The position numbers were made by a program, and so were the translations under genes. A stretch of 64,000 nt of DNA from Marsupella aquatica (Eukaryota; Plantae; Marchantiophyta): the NCBI GenBank assembly GCA_973895155.1, contig OZ316892.1:11286238-11350237 (forward strand). Reading direction: 5' to 3'. Numbering within the stretch: the first letter of the stretch is position 1; each line of letters begins with the position of its first letter. This document shows positions 40,901 to 53,397 of the stretch, one piece after another. The notes under the pieces were generated by a model that did no database searches, was not told the origin of the DNA, and was given only the letters and a program-made list of their open reading frames with translations.

Positions 40901-42402
40901 TGTGCCCTCTTTCCAGTTCCACTGCAACAGTAGCCCAATAGTAGATGTGCCCCAGAGTCACAGTCAAGAGACTACACTCTAGACAATAGGCCCTTATCCT
41001 AGAGTCCAATCTTTCTTTATTAGATAGATAATGTGATTGTTGCTAATATTAATTAAGCAAAGTAACTCTGGTTAGTTTGGAACAATCCAATGATCAATAT
41101 CTTGTCAAGTTTATTATTGAACAACTGTTACCATCTTCAAGTCAACTGAACACCTTCGCCCATGTTTGACTAGAGGGGAAGTGGAAGTGGGCCAGCCAAT
41201 CAGGAGGGGGCAAACCCTTTGGGGTGGAAGCAAAGTAAGAAACCCAACCCGATGTCAAGAGAATCTATTTTGAGCAATAGAAACCCCCCACCCAATGTAA
41301 GAGACCCAACCCATTGTCTACTTTTTGAGGGATAGATGACGCCTTCCGCTGAGATAATGAGATAACAGAGAGCCACATTTTGAGCTAATAAATGACCCCA
41401 TATGCTGAACTAATGAAATGACACTGACACTTAAATACTCTTTCAAATACAATATGTTCTTTCATGTACATGATCGTATAGTCAGTGTAATGAGTACTCC
41501 AGGTTACCAGAAGTACCTTATAAGGGCTCGTGGTTGTAAGAGAAAGGGAAAAATTTGAACAACTCAAATGATTCTTTACTCGTTTCATTCCTGATCTTGT
41601 AGCTAATAGCTTATCAACAATGCATCTTTTAGTAGTGTCTGAAGGGTGTGATTCAGCAGATTTATTTCTTGTCCATCTCAAGATCCTCTGGCTCAAATGC
41701 ATAGGAGAGCGTCAGATGAGGATGTGTGCTCTGTGGCATGAAATAACGAGAGCTAATAATAGTGATTGTCAATTGTTACTATTGCGCTTTGGCAATAACT
41801 TCGGCAGAGATTTTGATAGTGATTTTGGTGAAAAACTCAACCTGATGATTCAAAACTTCTACGCATTTGTCTGGAAGCCTGACTTTGAACATCGGAAAAT
41901 GCTTATGGCAATACGGCAACACTTGCCTCTGTTACAGTATTTGTAAACTTGAACCCATTCTTCATTAGTGCGATGTCACTGCGCAGACTCCCCACGTTCT
42001 AACGAGCCATAGGAAGATCGACAGATATGACAAATCGTCAACAGAATGGATATTCATTGCATTCAGAATGTACATGGGTCAATCTACTCCTTCATGCTTT
42101 AAGTAAATGAATCTGAGTAAAGGGAGCAACGAGGATTTGCATCCCGAAAGCCAAAGTGGAAGCGCTAGCTGCGAGCTGAAATCTAGAGGCTCAACACCTG
42201 AACCCAATAGGATGTGTTTGAGTCTGGAAGAAAGGCAGAAAATCTCAGAACAGGAGTGCAACTGGAGCATGTAGACCTGTATCTATTATTGCGAAACGGT
42301 GCTCTTGGAGAGATACTTCACCACCTTCACAGCGAGCAGAAAAGCTTACGTGCTCTTCGTTGGGACAGTATTTCCCAAAATCACGGACAGACGTGAGTTT
42401 CG

Positions 42403-44506
42403 TCAGTGACCGCCGTCTGATCTATAGTCTCCAATTCCTAGCAAGTCCTGTGAGCAACCATGACGATTTCAGAGAGATGAGACACTAAGAGCACTGAACG
42501 TAACGCCCATATGAGGAGAACAAAATACCGGAGAACACAATTACCGTACGGAGAGGGGCAGGGAGAGGGGTACGGAATGAATGCAAGTCTGGACCTCTAA
42601 AGTGTTCGTAGCTGCAAGAGAACAGTTAGTAATACAATTCTCCCAAAGCAAGATAAAAATAAAGGCAGATAATTACTTGGCACGCCCTGGTTTTGGCCCT
42701 GGTTTCAGCTGTACTCGGAATGTCATGATTTGGCTTGCTGAATCTTTTTTCCTGTCGGTCACAAGAGCCCCAGGATTCGCTGAAGCGTCCCGAACTGCTA
42801 CAGAGTATGAAGCTCGTCAGCAGTTCATCCTCTAAACCAGGGCTATAATTCAAACTATAATTCAATATAGGTAAAATATAGACCTAACTAGGTAGATCTC
42901 TGACGAATACATCTGAAAATGCCAACATAGCGATGATCTCTTGCACAACAGCAGAAATGGAAGTTTGTTAGGCATACGGCATGCTGGCTCGGACCACGAA
43001 CTCCGCACGCAACACGTTTGCCTGCTGGTCAAATTGAATATCTTTGTCCTTGATTTCAAAGGAAAGGTTGAAGAAGAAAGCAATTTTTCGCCAACCTGAT
43101 GACCCAAAAACGGCAATGACAAATCACATCAGGTTCCTTGCAGTTTTACATGACGGCGAGATGAGCACTTGTCGTCAGGTCCTCCCTCTCTGTCATCATT
43201 AACAAGGAACTTGAATCTGATTTGTGATGGAAATTCGGGAACAGAAATTCTGATGGATGACAGCTAGTGTACCCGTTTTTTTAATGAATGGTTTGCCGTT
43301 CAATATTGTGTAGTCACTCGGCACCAGTGTCTGTGATGCGACAGTAGAGGATCCCAAAGCAGGTGGTCAGCAACGAAACTCCATGCCTACCTGACCTTCT
43401 CCAACATATTATTGCAAACTCGTCAGCTCATCGTTGAGACAGTAATTGAAATCATCCAGATTTGCATACAATTAAACCCCACCTAGTACAACCACTTTTG
43501 ATCCTACAAGCGGACCACATAGTTAGTCTTTCGAGTTTGATGCTCTGCTTTGCCATTTTACATCGACCAATCATGAAATTGCGTTGGCAAACCATGAAAT
43601 CCGTGATAGCTGGAGACTACCTAGGAAGGAGATCTAAGTCATGTTAAATGGGGAAGCAGGAGGAGGACAAACCCGCATTGCAGCATCTTGGCACTCCTTG
43701 AACATCGCCACACCGCTCATGCCAGAAAACCAGGCAATGTCTTTGCCCTTCGGCGAACAACTCGTCTTCTCGGCCTGTATCCAAGGGCTAGTGCTCGATG
43801 GCCTCTCCAATATTTGGTTAGAACCCACCCACGGCTTAAGCTCTTGTAATGGGCGCCGTCCGCTCTGTATTTCTGCTGATGCTAGTGCGCCGCCACTCAT
43901 CGGAAATTCCTCTTGTTTCACATAATCAACACGCCCTCCTCCATAAGAGGCTCCTCCTCCTCCGTTCTGGAGGTACCCGTTCGGTTTCACATCAGGACCT
44001 CTGCCACTCCAATTTCCTGTTCCTCCAGGCAAATGCTTCATAAACACCTGCGGCTTCACATCTCTACCAACTCCGGAAGCCATCCTTCCATCGCGGTGGG
44101 TGGTGCTGGGGACAATGCAATGTTGATGTTGATTCGCGGAGCTGATCTGCGGCGCTTTCGCAACCACCACGACATCGGTTTTCATGCCCGCAGCATATTG
44201 GTGATGACGATGGGCAGAAGGAGCAACAATAGCGGAGTAAAGAAGAGGTGGCGGATTCAAGTCTTCGTCTGCCGCTGCTGAGGACGAGAGACGGGTGATC
44301 GCTTGCTTCTTCTGAGGCGCAGTGTGAGGCACGGGAGGTGGAGGATGGAGAACTTGACGATGATGTTGGTGTTGATTCTGCTGCTGCTGCTTTTTCTGGA
44401 TTCCATTTCCACCCAGTCCTTGCGCCTCTGCTTCGGTCACGGCGGCTATGAGCACCTCGTTGAAGAGACCCTCGTCTTCTTCTTCCTCCAAGAACGCCAT
44501 CGCCAT
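42403..44506 (-). CDS. Uncharacterised conserved protein, 390 aa: disordered N-terminus plus a ~115-aa C-terminal domain (candidate Rad52/RecT/Sak-like annealase fold)
   Basis: Exons 44506-43673 (phase 0), 43330-43273 (1), 43095-42978 (2), 42794-42677 (0) and 42447-42403. All GT-AG, total 1173 nt, open. C-terminus: MFKECQDAAMRTLVPSDYTILNGKPFIKKTGWRKIAFFFNLSFEIKDKDIQFDQQANVLRAEFVVRASMPSGRFSESWGSCDRQEKRFSKPNHDIPSTAETRAKTRACQDLLGIGDYRSDGGH. I recall this as a conserved plant protein of unknown function. Confidence 0.9.
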
Positions 44507-44667
44507 TTTACAGTCCGATCTCTCTCCTCCTCCTCGTCTAAGTAGACGCTGGATCGTGCTCCACTCCACTCACTGAACCTCCTCGAGCTCCTCTCGTTCA
44601 AATTTTCGAAAACGAGCTCGGAATTCGATTCCATTCCTTTGTGCCATGAGGGCCTCGTTCCTCTCAC

Positions 44668-44917
44668 TGAAAATGTGCACTACCGTAGTCAATCTAAACA
44701 GTAAACCTTTTCTAAGTGCAAGGCTGCAAGCTCGATGAAAATGTACACTAGTCAATCTATACAGTAAACCTTCTAAGTGCAAGGCTGCAAGCTCAATGAA
44801 AATGTACACTAGTCAATCTATACAGTAAACCTTTTCTAAGTGCGACTGCAAGCTCAATGAAAATGTACAATAGTCAATCTATACAGTAAACTTTTCCTAA
44901 GTGCAAGGCTGCAAACT
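44668..44917. repeat. ~62-bp tandem repeat x4 in the proximal promoter of the 42.4-44.5 kb gene
   Basis: TAGTCAATCTATACAGTAAACCTTTTCTAAGTGCAAGGCTGCAAGCTCAATGAAAATGTACAC units. Confidence 0.92.
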
Positions 44918-45579
44918 CTCGGGAAGGCGCCCAAAGATGCACTTATCCAGGATATGCAGTCAAGTATGTTATAAGTGCATGGGATATGAGCCCAAGCTGC
45001 ACTTATCTAGGGTAAGGCACTATGGTATAAGTGCAAGGGATATCAGACATGTGACCATAGGTTAGTGGTCACAATAAGCTAAGCTGAACACTATGGTTTG
45101 TGACTTTCCTGTTTTGGCAATATGAGGTGCAATACTTTTGAGAATACATCCTGGGCCATTCCTGTTTCCCATCACAACACCTGAACTTTGTTCAACCATT
45201 CATGCACTTCTCCATATGTCTAAGTGTAGGCTTTGGGGAAGGAGCACCAAGCCTGCTGCACCTATGCACGGGATGCATTATTCTATAAGTGCATGGGATA
45301 TCATTTATGCACTTCTCAGAATTATGTGCATAGTTGCATTACCCAATAAGTGCATGGGAAATTGCCTGAGTATTGACTCATGTGTTGTCAGGTTACACAC
45401 TTTGGGCTCCTCATACCTGGAGCCCTCATACTTCACAGTTGAATTGGATAAGTGCATCAAACAACTTTATGTAATTCTCTGTTGGACTTATCAGTAAATG
45501 CTTCTTGTGTATGCATTGCTACTTAACTTTAAATATAGATGGAAACCCTTTGAAATTTTTCTTTATTTCCTTTTGATAT

Positions 45580-45942
45580 TGTTAGGCATTTACAGTTAGG
45601 TCTAGAGTTACTATGCAACCGCAGTTAGTTGAACCGTATTCCGGTGCTTGGTTACTGTTAGATGTGCAATTACTACTTACACTAGTAGGACTTAGGTAGA
45701 GACTAGAAGTTAGGCTCATTTTTACTAAGCCAGTTGAGAGATAGGGAGAGCTTAGTTTGTGGAGACTTGATATGGCCAACGGGCTTAGAGTTCTCTTGTG
45801 TGTTTCCATGGACGTTGCCTATGGTGAGACGAACCATGTATCTTGTGTGTTAGTTACTTGTGTGTTTGTTGGATATAATTGCACACTTGTGCACTCATGT
45901 GCATGTTGTCTTAATTATGAGTAGCAATCATTTTACTCAACA
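45580..45942 (+). mobile_element. Solo LTR, same family as 30493-30836
   Basis: TGTTAGG...CTCAACA termini and internal CTCTTGTGTGTTTCCATGGACGTTGCC...GAACCATGTA. TSD is decayed (GATAT/AATAA). Confidence 0.72.
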
Positions 45943-47539
45943 AATAATTATTGTTTTGTTGTGTCTGTCAAGTTATGATGGTGCCCCTCTAAACTACCCA
46001 AAGCCTTGCCAGTAGGCCTTTGTAAAATGTTTCTATTTGGTGGGAGTTTGGAACCCTCAACCTTGTCCCACATCTATCATTTAACTTTAAGCCCTTACAT
46101 GGTTGTGCTAGGTACACAATCCTGACAAGTAGTAGGTGCACTATGAGTACCTATTTAAATTCCTTGAATTTCTGTGACCTTGCCTACTCTGGTCAATACA
46201 ATGCACTACTAAAGTACTAGCCTGACAACCCATTCTTTAGACATAAATAGAGGTGAGTACAAAATAGACAAAGCAAAAAATACATTCCCTACTGTCAACC
46301 AGTCAATGTTTTCAATGACTTGCCCCCAACCTCTCCTTGTATTCTGCCAAAAACAATTGTCAAAGGAGGGCAAAGACCAAGGCAAAATAAGATGTTGAGG
46401 CAAGAAAAGATGTAAAGATGCAAAAAGATGGCAAGGCAAGGCAAAGATATAAAGGTGAAGCAAGAAAACAATTATAGGCTTTGCGATGTAGACATTGAAT
46501 GATGCATGTTATGTGTCATTGCAGCCGTATAGTTGTTGCAGCCATGTCAAGGCAAGGCAAAAAATGGTTGAGGTGAGGCAAACCGTTAAGGCAAGTTTAG
46601 ATGTTTCACTGAGGCAAAGATGTTAAGGTGAGACAAAAATGTTGAGGCGAGGCAAAGAAATGCATGTGAGCAAAAGAAATGTAGACAATGCAAAGAAATG
46701 CAAGTGTGGCAAGAAAGTTGTTTAGACACCTCAAATGTTGTTGCAACCATGTTGTCATTATGGCAAATGATGCAATCATTCTGGTCATGAGGGTGTTGTG
46801 GCTACGCGGTTATTGCGGCAATGTTGTTGCCAAGCCCAATGCCAAGCATTGCATAAAAACATTGAGGTAAGGTAAATAAGTGTTGATTGAAGGCTGGGGT
46901 TTTTAGATGAATCAAACTAAAATATTGGATGGGCCATAATTCTTGCTCATTTCATGTGAATTTTTTTGTCAATGATTGTGTAGATCTTGTTCAAAATAGC
47001 ACATGAAATCATGTAATTCAAGTCAACACAAAAACATGCACAAAAATATGGGATAGGGTTCAAATGGGTAGTGAGAATACATGGATAAGAGTCGGTCAAG
47101 AAATCTTTATTGTTGATGATACAAAAGATGGAACAAAAGTGGAGACAAAAGAGGCAAATGAAGGCAAAGAGCTAGGCCCCCAACCAAGGAAAGAATTAGA
47201 GCACAAGCGAGACTAATAGAGATGAAAGGGCATGTCAAGCAAGACAAGTCTTGTGGAGAAAAAATAGTGGGAGCTTGATCTCATTGGCCTTTATTAAAGG
47301 AGCATTATTTCAAAAGTTTTTTACAAAGAATGCTGGAGGCTTAGATGGAATAAAAAAGTTTGGGACCATTTTTCTACAAAAGCTAAAACAAATTTAAAAA
47401 ATCAAAAAATGTAAAAATAGTCCCATTCACTTTTGTGTTTTTATTTTATTTTGGAAAACCATGTTTTCATTGTTATGTTGTTGAGGAGAGCAAGGATGTG
47501 GGAGGGTGAGAGAGAGTGCAAGAGAGGTGATGGAGAGTT

Positions 47540-48040
47540 TGTCATGCCCCAAAAGTCATGCTATTGGGAGGGGGAGATTTAATTTTTTTTTCTCTCCTCC
47601 TGTTTTTTTCTCCCTTGCCACTCCATTCCTCCCCTATTTCTTACCTTTGGGGCCATTAAATAAACAGAAAAACTTGCAAAATTACATAAATAGAAGAAAT
47701 ACGAGAAGGAGTTAAAAGCAGAATTAACCCATTTTGCTTCCTTCTAAAGTTTCACAATCATACTCTATGAAAAAACCAAAAAAATTGCCATGCCCCAAAA
47801 GTTATGCTATTGGGAGGGGAACATTTTAATTTTTCTCTCCCCCCTTTTTCCTGTTTTTTTCTCCCTTGCCACTCCATTCCCCCCCCACTTTCTTACCTTT
47901 GGCGCCATTAAATAAACAGAAAAATGTACAATTAAAATGAAGGAGTTAAAAACAAAATTAACCCATTTTGCTTCCTTCGAAAGTTTCATAGTCACATACT
48001 ATATGCAATAATCCAAAAAGTTTGTCATGTCCCAAAAGTT
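47540..48040. repeat. ~250-bp tandem duplication
   Basis: CATGCCCCAAAAGT.ATGCTATTGGGAGGGG... at 47543 and 47789, with a third start at ~48026. Confidence 0.9.
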
Positions 48041-48328
48041 TCTCCTTCCAAGGTATGTATTTTACTAGATTTTTTTTAAATTTTAGATGATGTCACATAA
48101 GAATGATCACATTTTAGGTGATGTTATAAAGAATACTCTGTATTCTACTATAAAAAGAAGTATATCATTTTAACTCCTGCTCAATCAATCCAAGAGTACA
48201 CAAAAAACTTAAAAGAAATCTGATGGCTCAGGTTGATTCCCTCCATTCCCAATTTTGTAAGCAGACTAAATAACTTTTTGGAAGCATTATATATTATAGA
48301 AGTAGATTGGAGAATCAAAATTAAGACT

Positions 48329-48580
48329 AATGGCTAAGGCAACACGTCAGACTTGGGTGGAGAGTACTGAAGACAAGGTTGAGCAAACCAAATACTGACC
48401 CATACACAATGAGGATACATAAATACATGTCAAAACATTGTTCCTATTAATAGGGAGCTAGGGAATGGCTAAGCCAACATGTCAGACTTGGGTGGAGAGG
48501 TACTGAAGACAAGGTTGAGCAAACAAAATACTGACCCATAAACAATGAAGATACATAAATACAAGTCAAAACATTGTTCA
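48329..48580. repeat. ~135-bp-spaced tandem duplication
   Basis: AATGGCTAAG.CAACA.GTCAGACTTGGGTGGAGAG...GTCAAAACATTGTTC occurs twice. Confidence 0.9.
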
Positions 48581-51500
48581 TAGAGGGAGCACGGGGCTTA
48601 ACCGGGTTTATTAACAGGATGATATTATCCAAATTTCCTACCTATTAAGCTCCCCCCAAAGACCATGCTCACATTTGCTGCTCAAACACCCAAAAAAACG
48701 AGAGTCATATGTTGATTCATGGTTTTCTAAAGTCGAGGATGAATCACCTATACACCAATCCAATTGGTTTGCTGCTGATCTGGAGGGACACCAGATTACA
48801 AAGCCACCAAAAAGCTATGATTTCAGAATAAAAATAATCACCCAAGTTTTAAAAGAGTGAATCTAGAGTCTAAAACGAGGAATACTATGGGAAGGGGGCT
48901 CAAAGTCGTCCATGGCAGGGTTATCTAGTATGAAGGGAGAAAAGTATTGGACCCTCCTGGTGCATGGAAGGGCGTCAGCTGCATTATTGGTTTGGGACTT
49001 TGACCACGTGTCGCCCTCACCATGCATAGGCATTAATAGGTCAACAGATGCAGAAGTCATTTTTTATTGTATTTATAGAACCCTTCCGTTAGAGAGCTGC
49101 TGTTCTGGGTATAATGCTAGCCAGTGTGAGCAGGAGGGCATCATTATCATTTACATAGTATACATTGGGAAGTCAAGGCATAGCAGCAAAGTAAACATCC
49201 ATGGAGTACGAGGTCCAGTTGTGAATACTTTAACAAGGCGTTGTGTGGTGTCAGGGTGATTGAATATAGTCTGGTCAAGTATGGAGGACTTTAGTACATT
49301 TCACAAGTTCACGGATAAAGTACTTTGGGTAACGACAGTAGGAGTAAGACATCACATATAGTATAATCCTGTATGCAAAACAGTATATCAATTTTTTCAA
49401 TTTGGGGGGGGGGGGGGGGGGGGGGTGGACTGTTCAAAACAATGGGATCTATGGGCCTCAAAATTAAATATAAACCTTGGTAAAATATATGCCCCCCAAA
49501 ACCGCATTTAATTTAAAACCAATTGGCTTAGGTCAATTGGCTAGGGGATTTTCCTGGAACTGAGAGGTCAGGTGTGGAGGGTATGTGTGTGTGGTGGGAG
49601 TTCTTATTATCTGCTTGGCCCCTGGTTGCCCACTTTGTGACCCTTATTTAATCCTCTCTCTTTCCTGGTGGGGGTCCCTTTGGGATCCCTTGGGGCTCAC
49701 CTTGGTCTGGGGTTCCCTACAGAAAAACTATCACATTGGGGTGGGGGGAGTCTAATTGTATTTCCTCCCCACTTCCCTTCAAACAGAAAAAAACAAACAG
49801 CATTTAAAACTAGTTCATATATTGTAAGAAATCACCAAAATATCTGTAGGTTAAGACAGTCCTATATGGGCTATATGGGACCAGAGTGGGAGAGTCAGTC
49901 TGCACGGTTGGTTTACTGGTCATCTGGGCAAATGAATAGTGGTAGGTAAGCCGGCCTCTATTTATAGTTCCACAGCTTCCACAATACAAGGGGCCTGTCA
50001 CTGTTCATTACACTAGACCTAACAGTGCAGGCTGTCCTATTTACTTGGCATCATAGGACACTCGTATCCTAATTTTTTACTTTGCTAGTTTCTTTAAAAA
50101 TATAAACTATATCAAGATTCTGTTTCTAGTGGGAAATATAGCTCTATGGCGAACTAAAGAGATGATGGTGATACTAAAAAAATCCCCAAAATGGTCTATG
50201 CTCTTTCATGTAGACCATTGTACCTATGTGAAAATAAGTAATCTGGGTTAGCCAGAGTTCTTTGTAGGGGAGCTTCTGATTTGTGGTTTAATACGAAGAG
50301 TGATTTGTGGTTTAAGAAGAAGAGTGACTTGTGGTTTAAGAAGAAGAGTGCATTCGCTTCCATAAATCTTGAAGGGATTTAAGAAAAGGAGCGATAAGAA
50401 AAGGAGCGATGGGCATTCTCTTCCATAAATCACAGAAAAGGACGAGGAGAGAAATCTTGACCCATTTAAGAAGAGGAGTGGTGGGTATGCTCTTCCATAA
50501 TAAATTACAGAAAAGTACAGAGAGACTTCAAAAGAGGAGTGCAGCCAAAGTCAAGAGGGAAAGCTTGCAGTAGCTCTCTCTGACTGCAAATCCTGGACAA
50601 AGCCTCCGGTGTGCACTTAACTAGGGTTTTCTACTGCATCATAAGTGCAAACAATTGGAATCTGCATTTATGGATACCACCTACAACACCTTGTGATAGA
50701 ATGGGCCATCTTTCACTTGACATTCTCGTGACCTGATTCCTAAATTGTATATCCCTGTCCTGGACGTGATCCCCTACCTCACAACTCTCCCTAAAAATGA
50801 CTTTCACTTATCAACAAGTGTGCGTCAAAGGGATTGTGCACTTACCCATAAGTGTGCATAAACCCTTACAAAGGGCTCGCACTTATACTTTTGTCGTTTA
50901 TTTCAACCCTCTTTACACTTGCAAAAATGCAAGAGAAGTGCAAATGGTGGGAAAGAAAATGGGAAGATCGGGCATCCTTGCAATTACCCAGGGTTTTCAC
51001 TTACAGAGTGTTGACTGAGAGAGCGACGACTGTAATCATAGCGGATGTTGGGTTCCTCGAAACTCTCTGAACTAGAGGCAGATTTGTCGCACTCCCATTA
51101 AGAGGGAGGATAAGAATTGCGGAACGAGTGGGCATCCAAATGGTTTTCTCCGTCTCCTTCAATCTGCGTGCTTCTGAAGGTCCGCGCACTCAATCAGAGG
51201 ATCGACTCAGCATCATCTTCAGCGTTTCGATTGTCATTCCCCTCATTCATTCCGACGGAATCCCAAACAATTTCGTCCCTGTCTGATATTTCTACATTTC
51301 TGAATTGTCGTGTGCAAATTTCACGCATGCGGAATATCGGTTTTCTGGTCGAATTCGGTCAGATCTTCAGCCGAGGAGTTTTAGCGAACTAGCATTGGTG
51401 ACTGTCGATTTGTGCCTGCACGATATGTGCATTGGCCTGGCTTTCTCTCGTTTGTCGCTCGGTGAGAGACTACTGAGGTTTGGCTGAAAGCTTTTCGGCC

Positions 51501-51702
51501 GCCTCTGCAGATTAGGTTCATTTGGTTCGTCCTGTTCGCACTACGAGCTCACTTGTGCTGGAATTTCCCTGGTGCGGTGGTCTTCTGGGGGAGACAGGAG
51601 AACAAAGCTGTTTCTCGCGTTTGTCCGCCGCATACGTCAAGGTCCGAACATTTCTATTGCAATTATCGCAATTCCTTCTGTACTGGTATATCGTCGGGAG
51701 AA

Positions 51703-53397
51703 ATGGGACATGATCAATGGACAGCGATTGCAAGGGAGGAGGACCAATATGTGGCTTCTTCCGGGGCGGTCGATTTGATGGAAGAAGAGCAGGGCCCTTT
51801 GCTGAAGAATGGAACGGCTAACAACGATAGTGTCATCTCAGTCGCGCCTTCGGGTTTTGGCTACAACTACAGAGACCGGCCCTACAGGGACATCGGATTT
51901 TCTATTGCATTCGCCGTTTTCATGATGGCGAGCCTCGGAGTCGGAATCTTTGCCGCTTTTAATCAGAACTCTGACTACAAGTTGCTGCAGGTAGTAAGCT
52001 ACTCTCGTGCTCAAGGTTGCACACTTCCGCGAGGATTCCATGATATCGCCAGCTCGAAATCACTGGTGTTCCCGAACTTGATGTTCCCGAACTTGAGCGA
52101 GTCGATTTGGCACATTCGTTTGTATGTAATCCTGGCCACGCTGATTCTGATGGCACCCATGGGCTTTGGTCTCCTTTATGCTCTGCGGAAATTCGCAAAG
52201 GAGCTTGTTTACATCACAATCCCACTCTTCGTAATTCTTCCAGCTGCCACCGCCATTGCGATTTTCGTGTCTTGCAGTAGGAGCGCGCAATGCCAGAATA
52301 CGGTCGATCCCACATACCAGTACGTGGGTTTGGGTTTTGTGTTGGGCATGGATGTGATTTCCGTGTGGGTCCTGTGGCGAAATTGGGACCGAGTTGAACT
52401 GACCATCCGAATCATCAGAACGGCTTCTGAAGCCCTGCATCAGAATCTCGGGCTTCTTCTTGTGTTGCCTGCTCTTAATGTTGGCTACTTTGTGTACCTT
52501 ATCCCGGCTACGTTTTGCCTCTTTTTTGCTTACACCAACGGGAAGATTATTACAAATCCTGAATTGACCCAGGATCCTTTTCTCGTTTGCGGAGGCACAT
52601 CTGGTCGAGCTTGTTGCAAGTGGGAGATTGATAGCTGGGTGCCGGCATACATTGTTTTGACCCTCTTCGCGATGCTATGGGGATCTGCCGTCATGGCTGA
52701 AATTCATGTGTTTACTGTCAGTGGAACTATTTCACAGTGGTATTTTTCTGCAACACAGTCGTCAACTCTCGGGACCACGAAAAGATCTCTGTTGCATGCT
52801 GTGGGCCCTTCTTTCGGGACGGTTTGTCTCTCAGGCCTTGTGGTCGCCTTCATACAAACCATTCGAAGTGCCGTCAACAGCTCTCGTTCAAGCAGGGGTC
52901 ACATCGGTATTGTAGCCCTTATTGTTCGTGCTTGCCTCATGTACTTTCTCTCTACAGTCGAGTTTCTTACTAAATTCACCACCAACTTTGCCGCCATTAC
53001 AGGAGAAAGCTTCTGTGCATCAGGTCATATGACGTATGATCTCTTGAGGCGGAATTTGTTATCGACACTGGTGGTGGAATCTATCGTTGGGCGTTTGCTG
53101 GCCCAGGCCATCGTTATCATCGCCACCGTGTATGGTTTCCTGGTGTGGGGAGCAATTGCTCTGTTTGTCCAAGACGGGAAGCATCTCGTGTATCCCGCCT
53201 TGATTGCCTTCTTCAATCTGCTTGTCTTCCTGGGCTACTGCATGCAGGTTCTTCAAAATGTTGTTAACACAGTTTACATCTGCTTTGCCATGGATAAGGA
53301 TCACAATGAGGTGTCCCAGCCCGAAGTTCATGATGTCTACGTCCTTCTTCCTGCTGCTGCTGATGGGACAGCTTCACTAGCTGTATCCAGACCTTAG
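51703..53397 (+). CDS. Choline transporter-like (CTL/SLC44, plasma-membrane choline transporter family) protein, copy 1, 564 aa, intronless CDS
   Basis: Long ORF with first ATG at 51703 (MGHDQW). About 10 hydrophobic segments and motifs RPYRDIGFSIAF, VSGTISQWYF, GPSFGTVCLSGLVVAFIQ, EFLTKFTTNFAAITGESFCAS, TVYICFAMDKD. Confidence 0.92.
   Translation: MGHDQWTAIAREEDQYVASSGAVDLMEEEQGPLLKNGTANNDSVISVAPSGFGYNYRDRPYRDIGFSIAFAVFMMASLGVGIFAAFNQNSDYKLLQVVSYSRAQGCTLPRGFHDIASSKSLVFPNLMFPNLSESIWHIRLYVILATLILMAPMGFGLLYALRKFAKELVYITIPLFVILPAATAIAIFVSCSRSAQCQNTVDPTYQYVGLGFVLGMDVISVWVLWRNWDRVELTIRIIRTASEALHQNLGLLLVLPALNVGYFVYLIPATFCLFFAYTNGKIITNPELTQDPFLVCGGTSGRACCKWEIDSWVPAYIVLTLFAMLWGSAVMAEIHVFTVSGTISQWYFSATQSSTLGTTKRSLLHAVGPSFGTVCLSGLVVAFIQTIRSAVNSSRSSRGHIGIVALIVRACLMYFLSTVEFLTKFTTNFAAITGESFCASGHMTYDLLRRNLLSTLVVESIVGRLLAQAIVIIATVYGFLVWGAIALFVQDGKHLVYPALIAFFNLLVFLGYCMQVLQNVVNTVYICFAMDKDHNEVSQPEVHDVYVLLPAAADGTASLAVSRP

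Noticed and set aside
49404-49425. 22-nt poly-G run
   Set aside because: Simple homopolymer in repeat debris; length is unreliable and there is no functional evidence.
51553-51702. N-terminal extensions of the CTL ORFs shown in the ORF track (also 56651-56866)
   Set aside because: They start at GTG/TTG-type codons and lie in probable leader or intron sequence; the first ATGs (51703, 56867) are homologous and were used instead.
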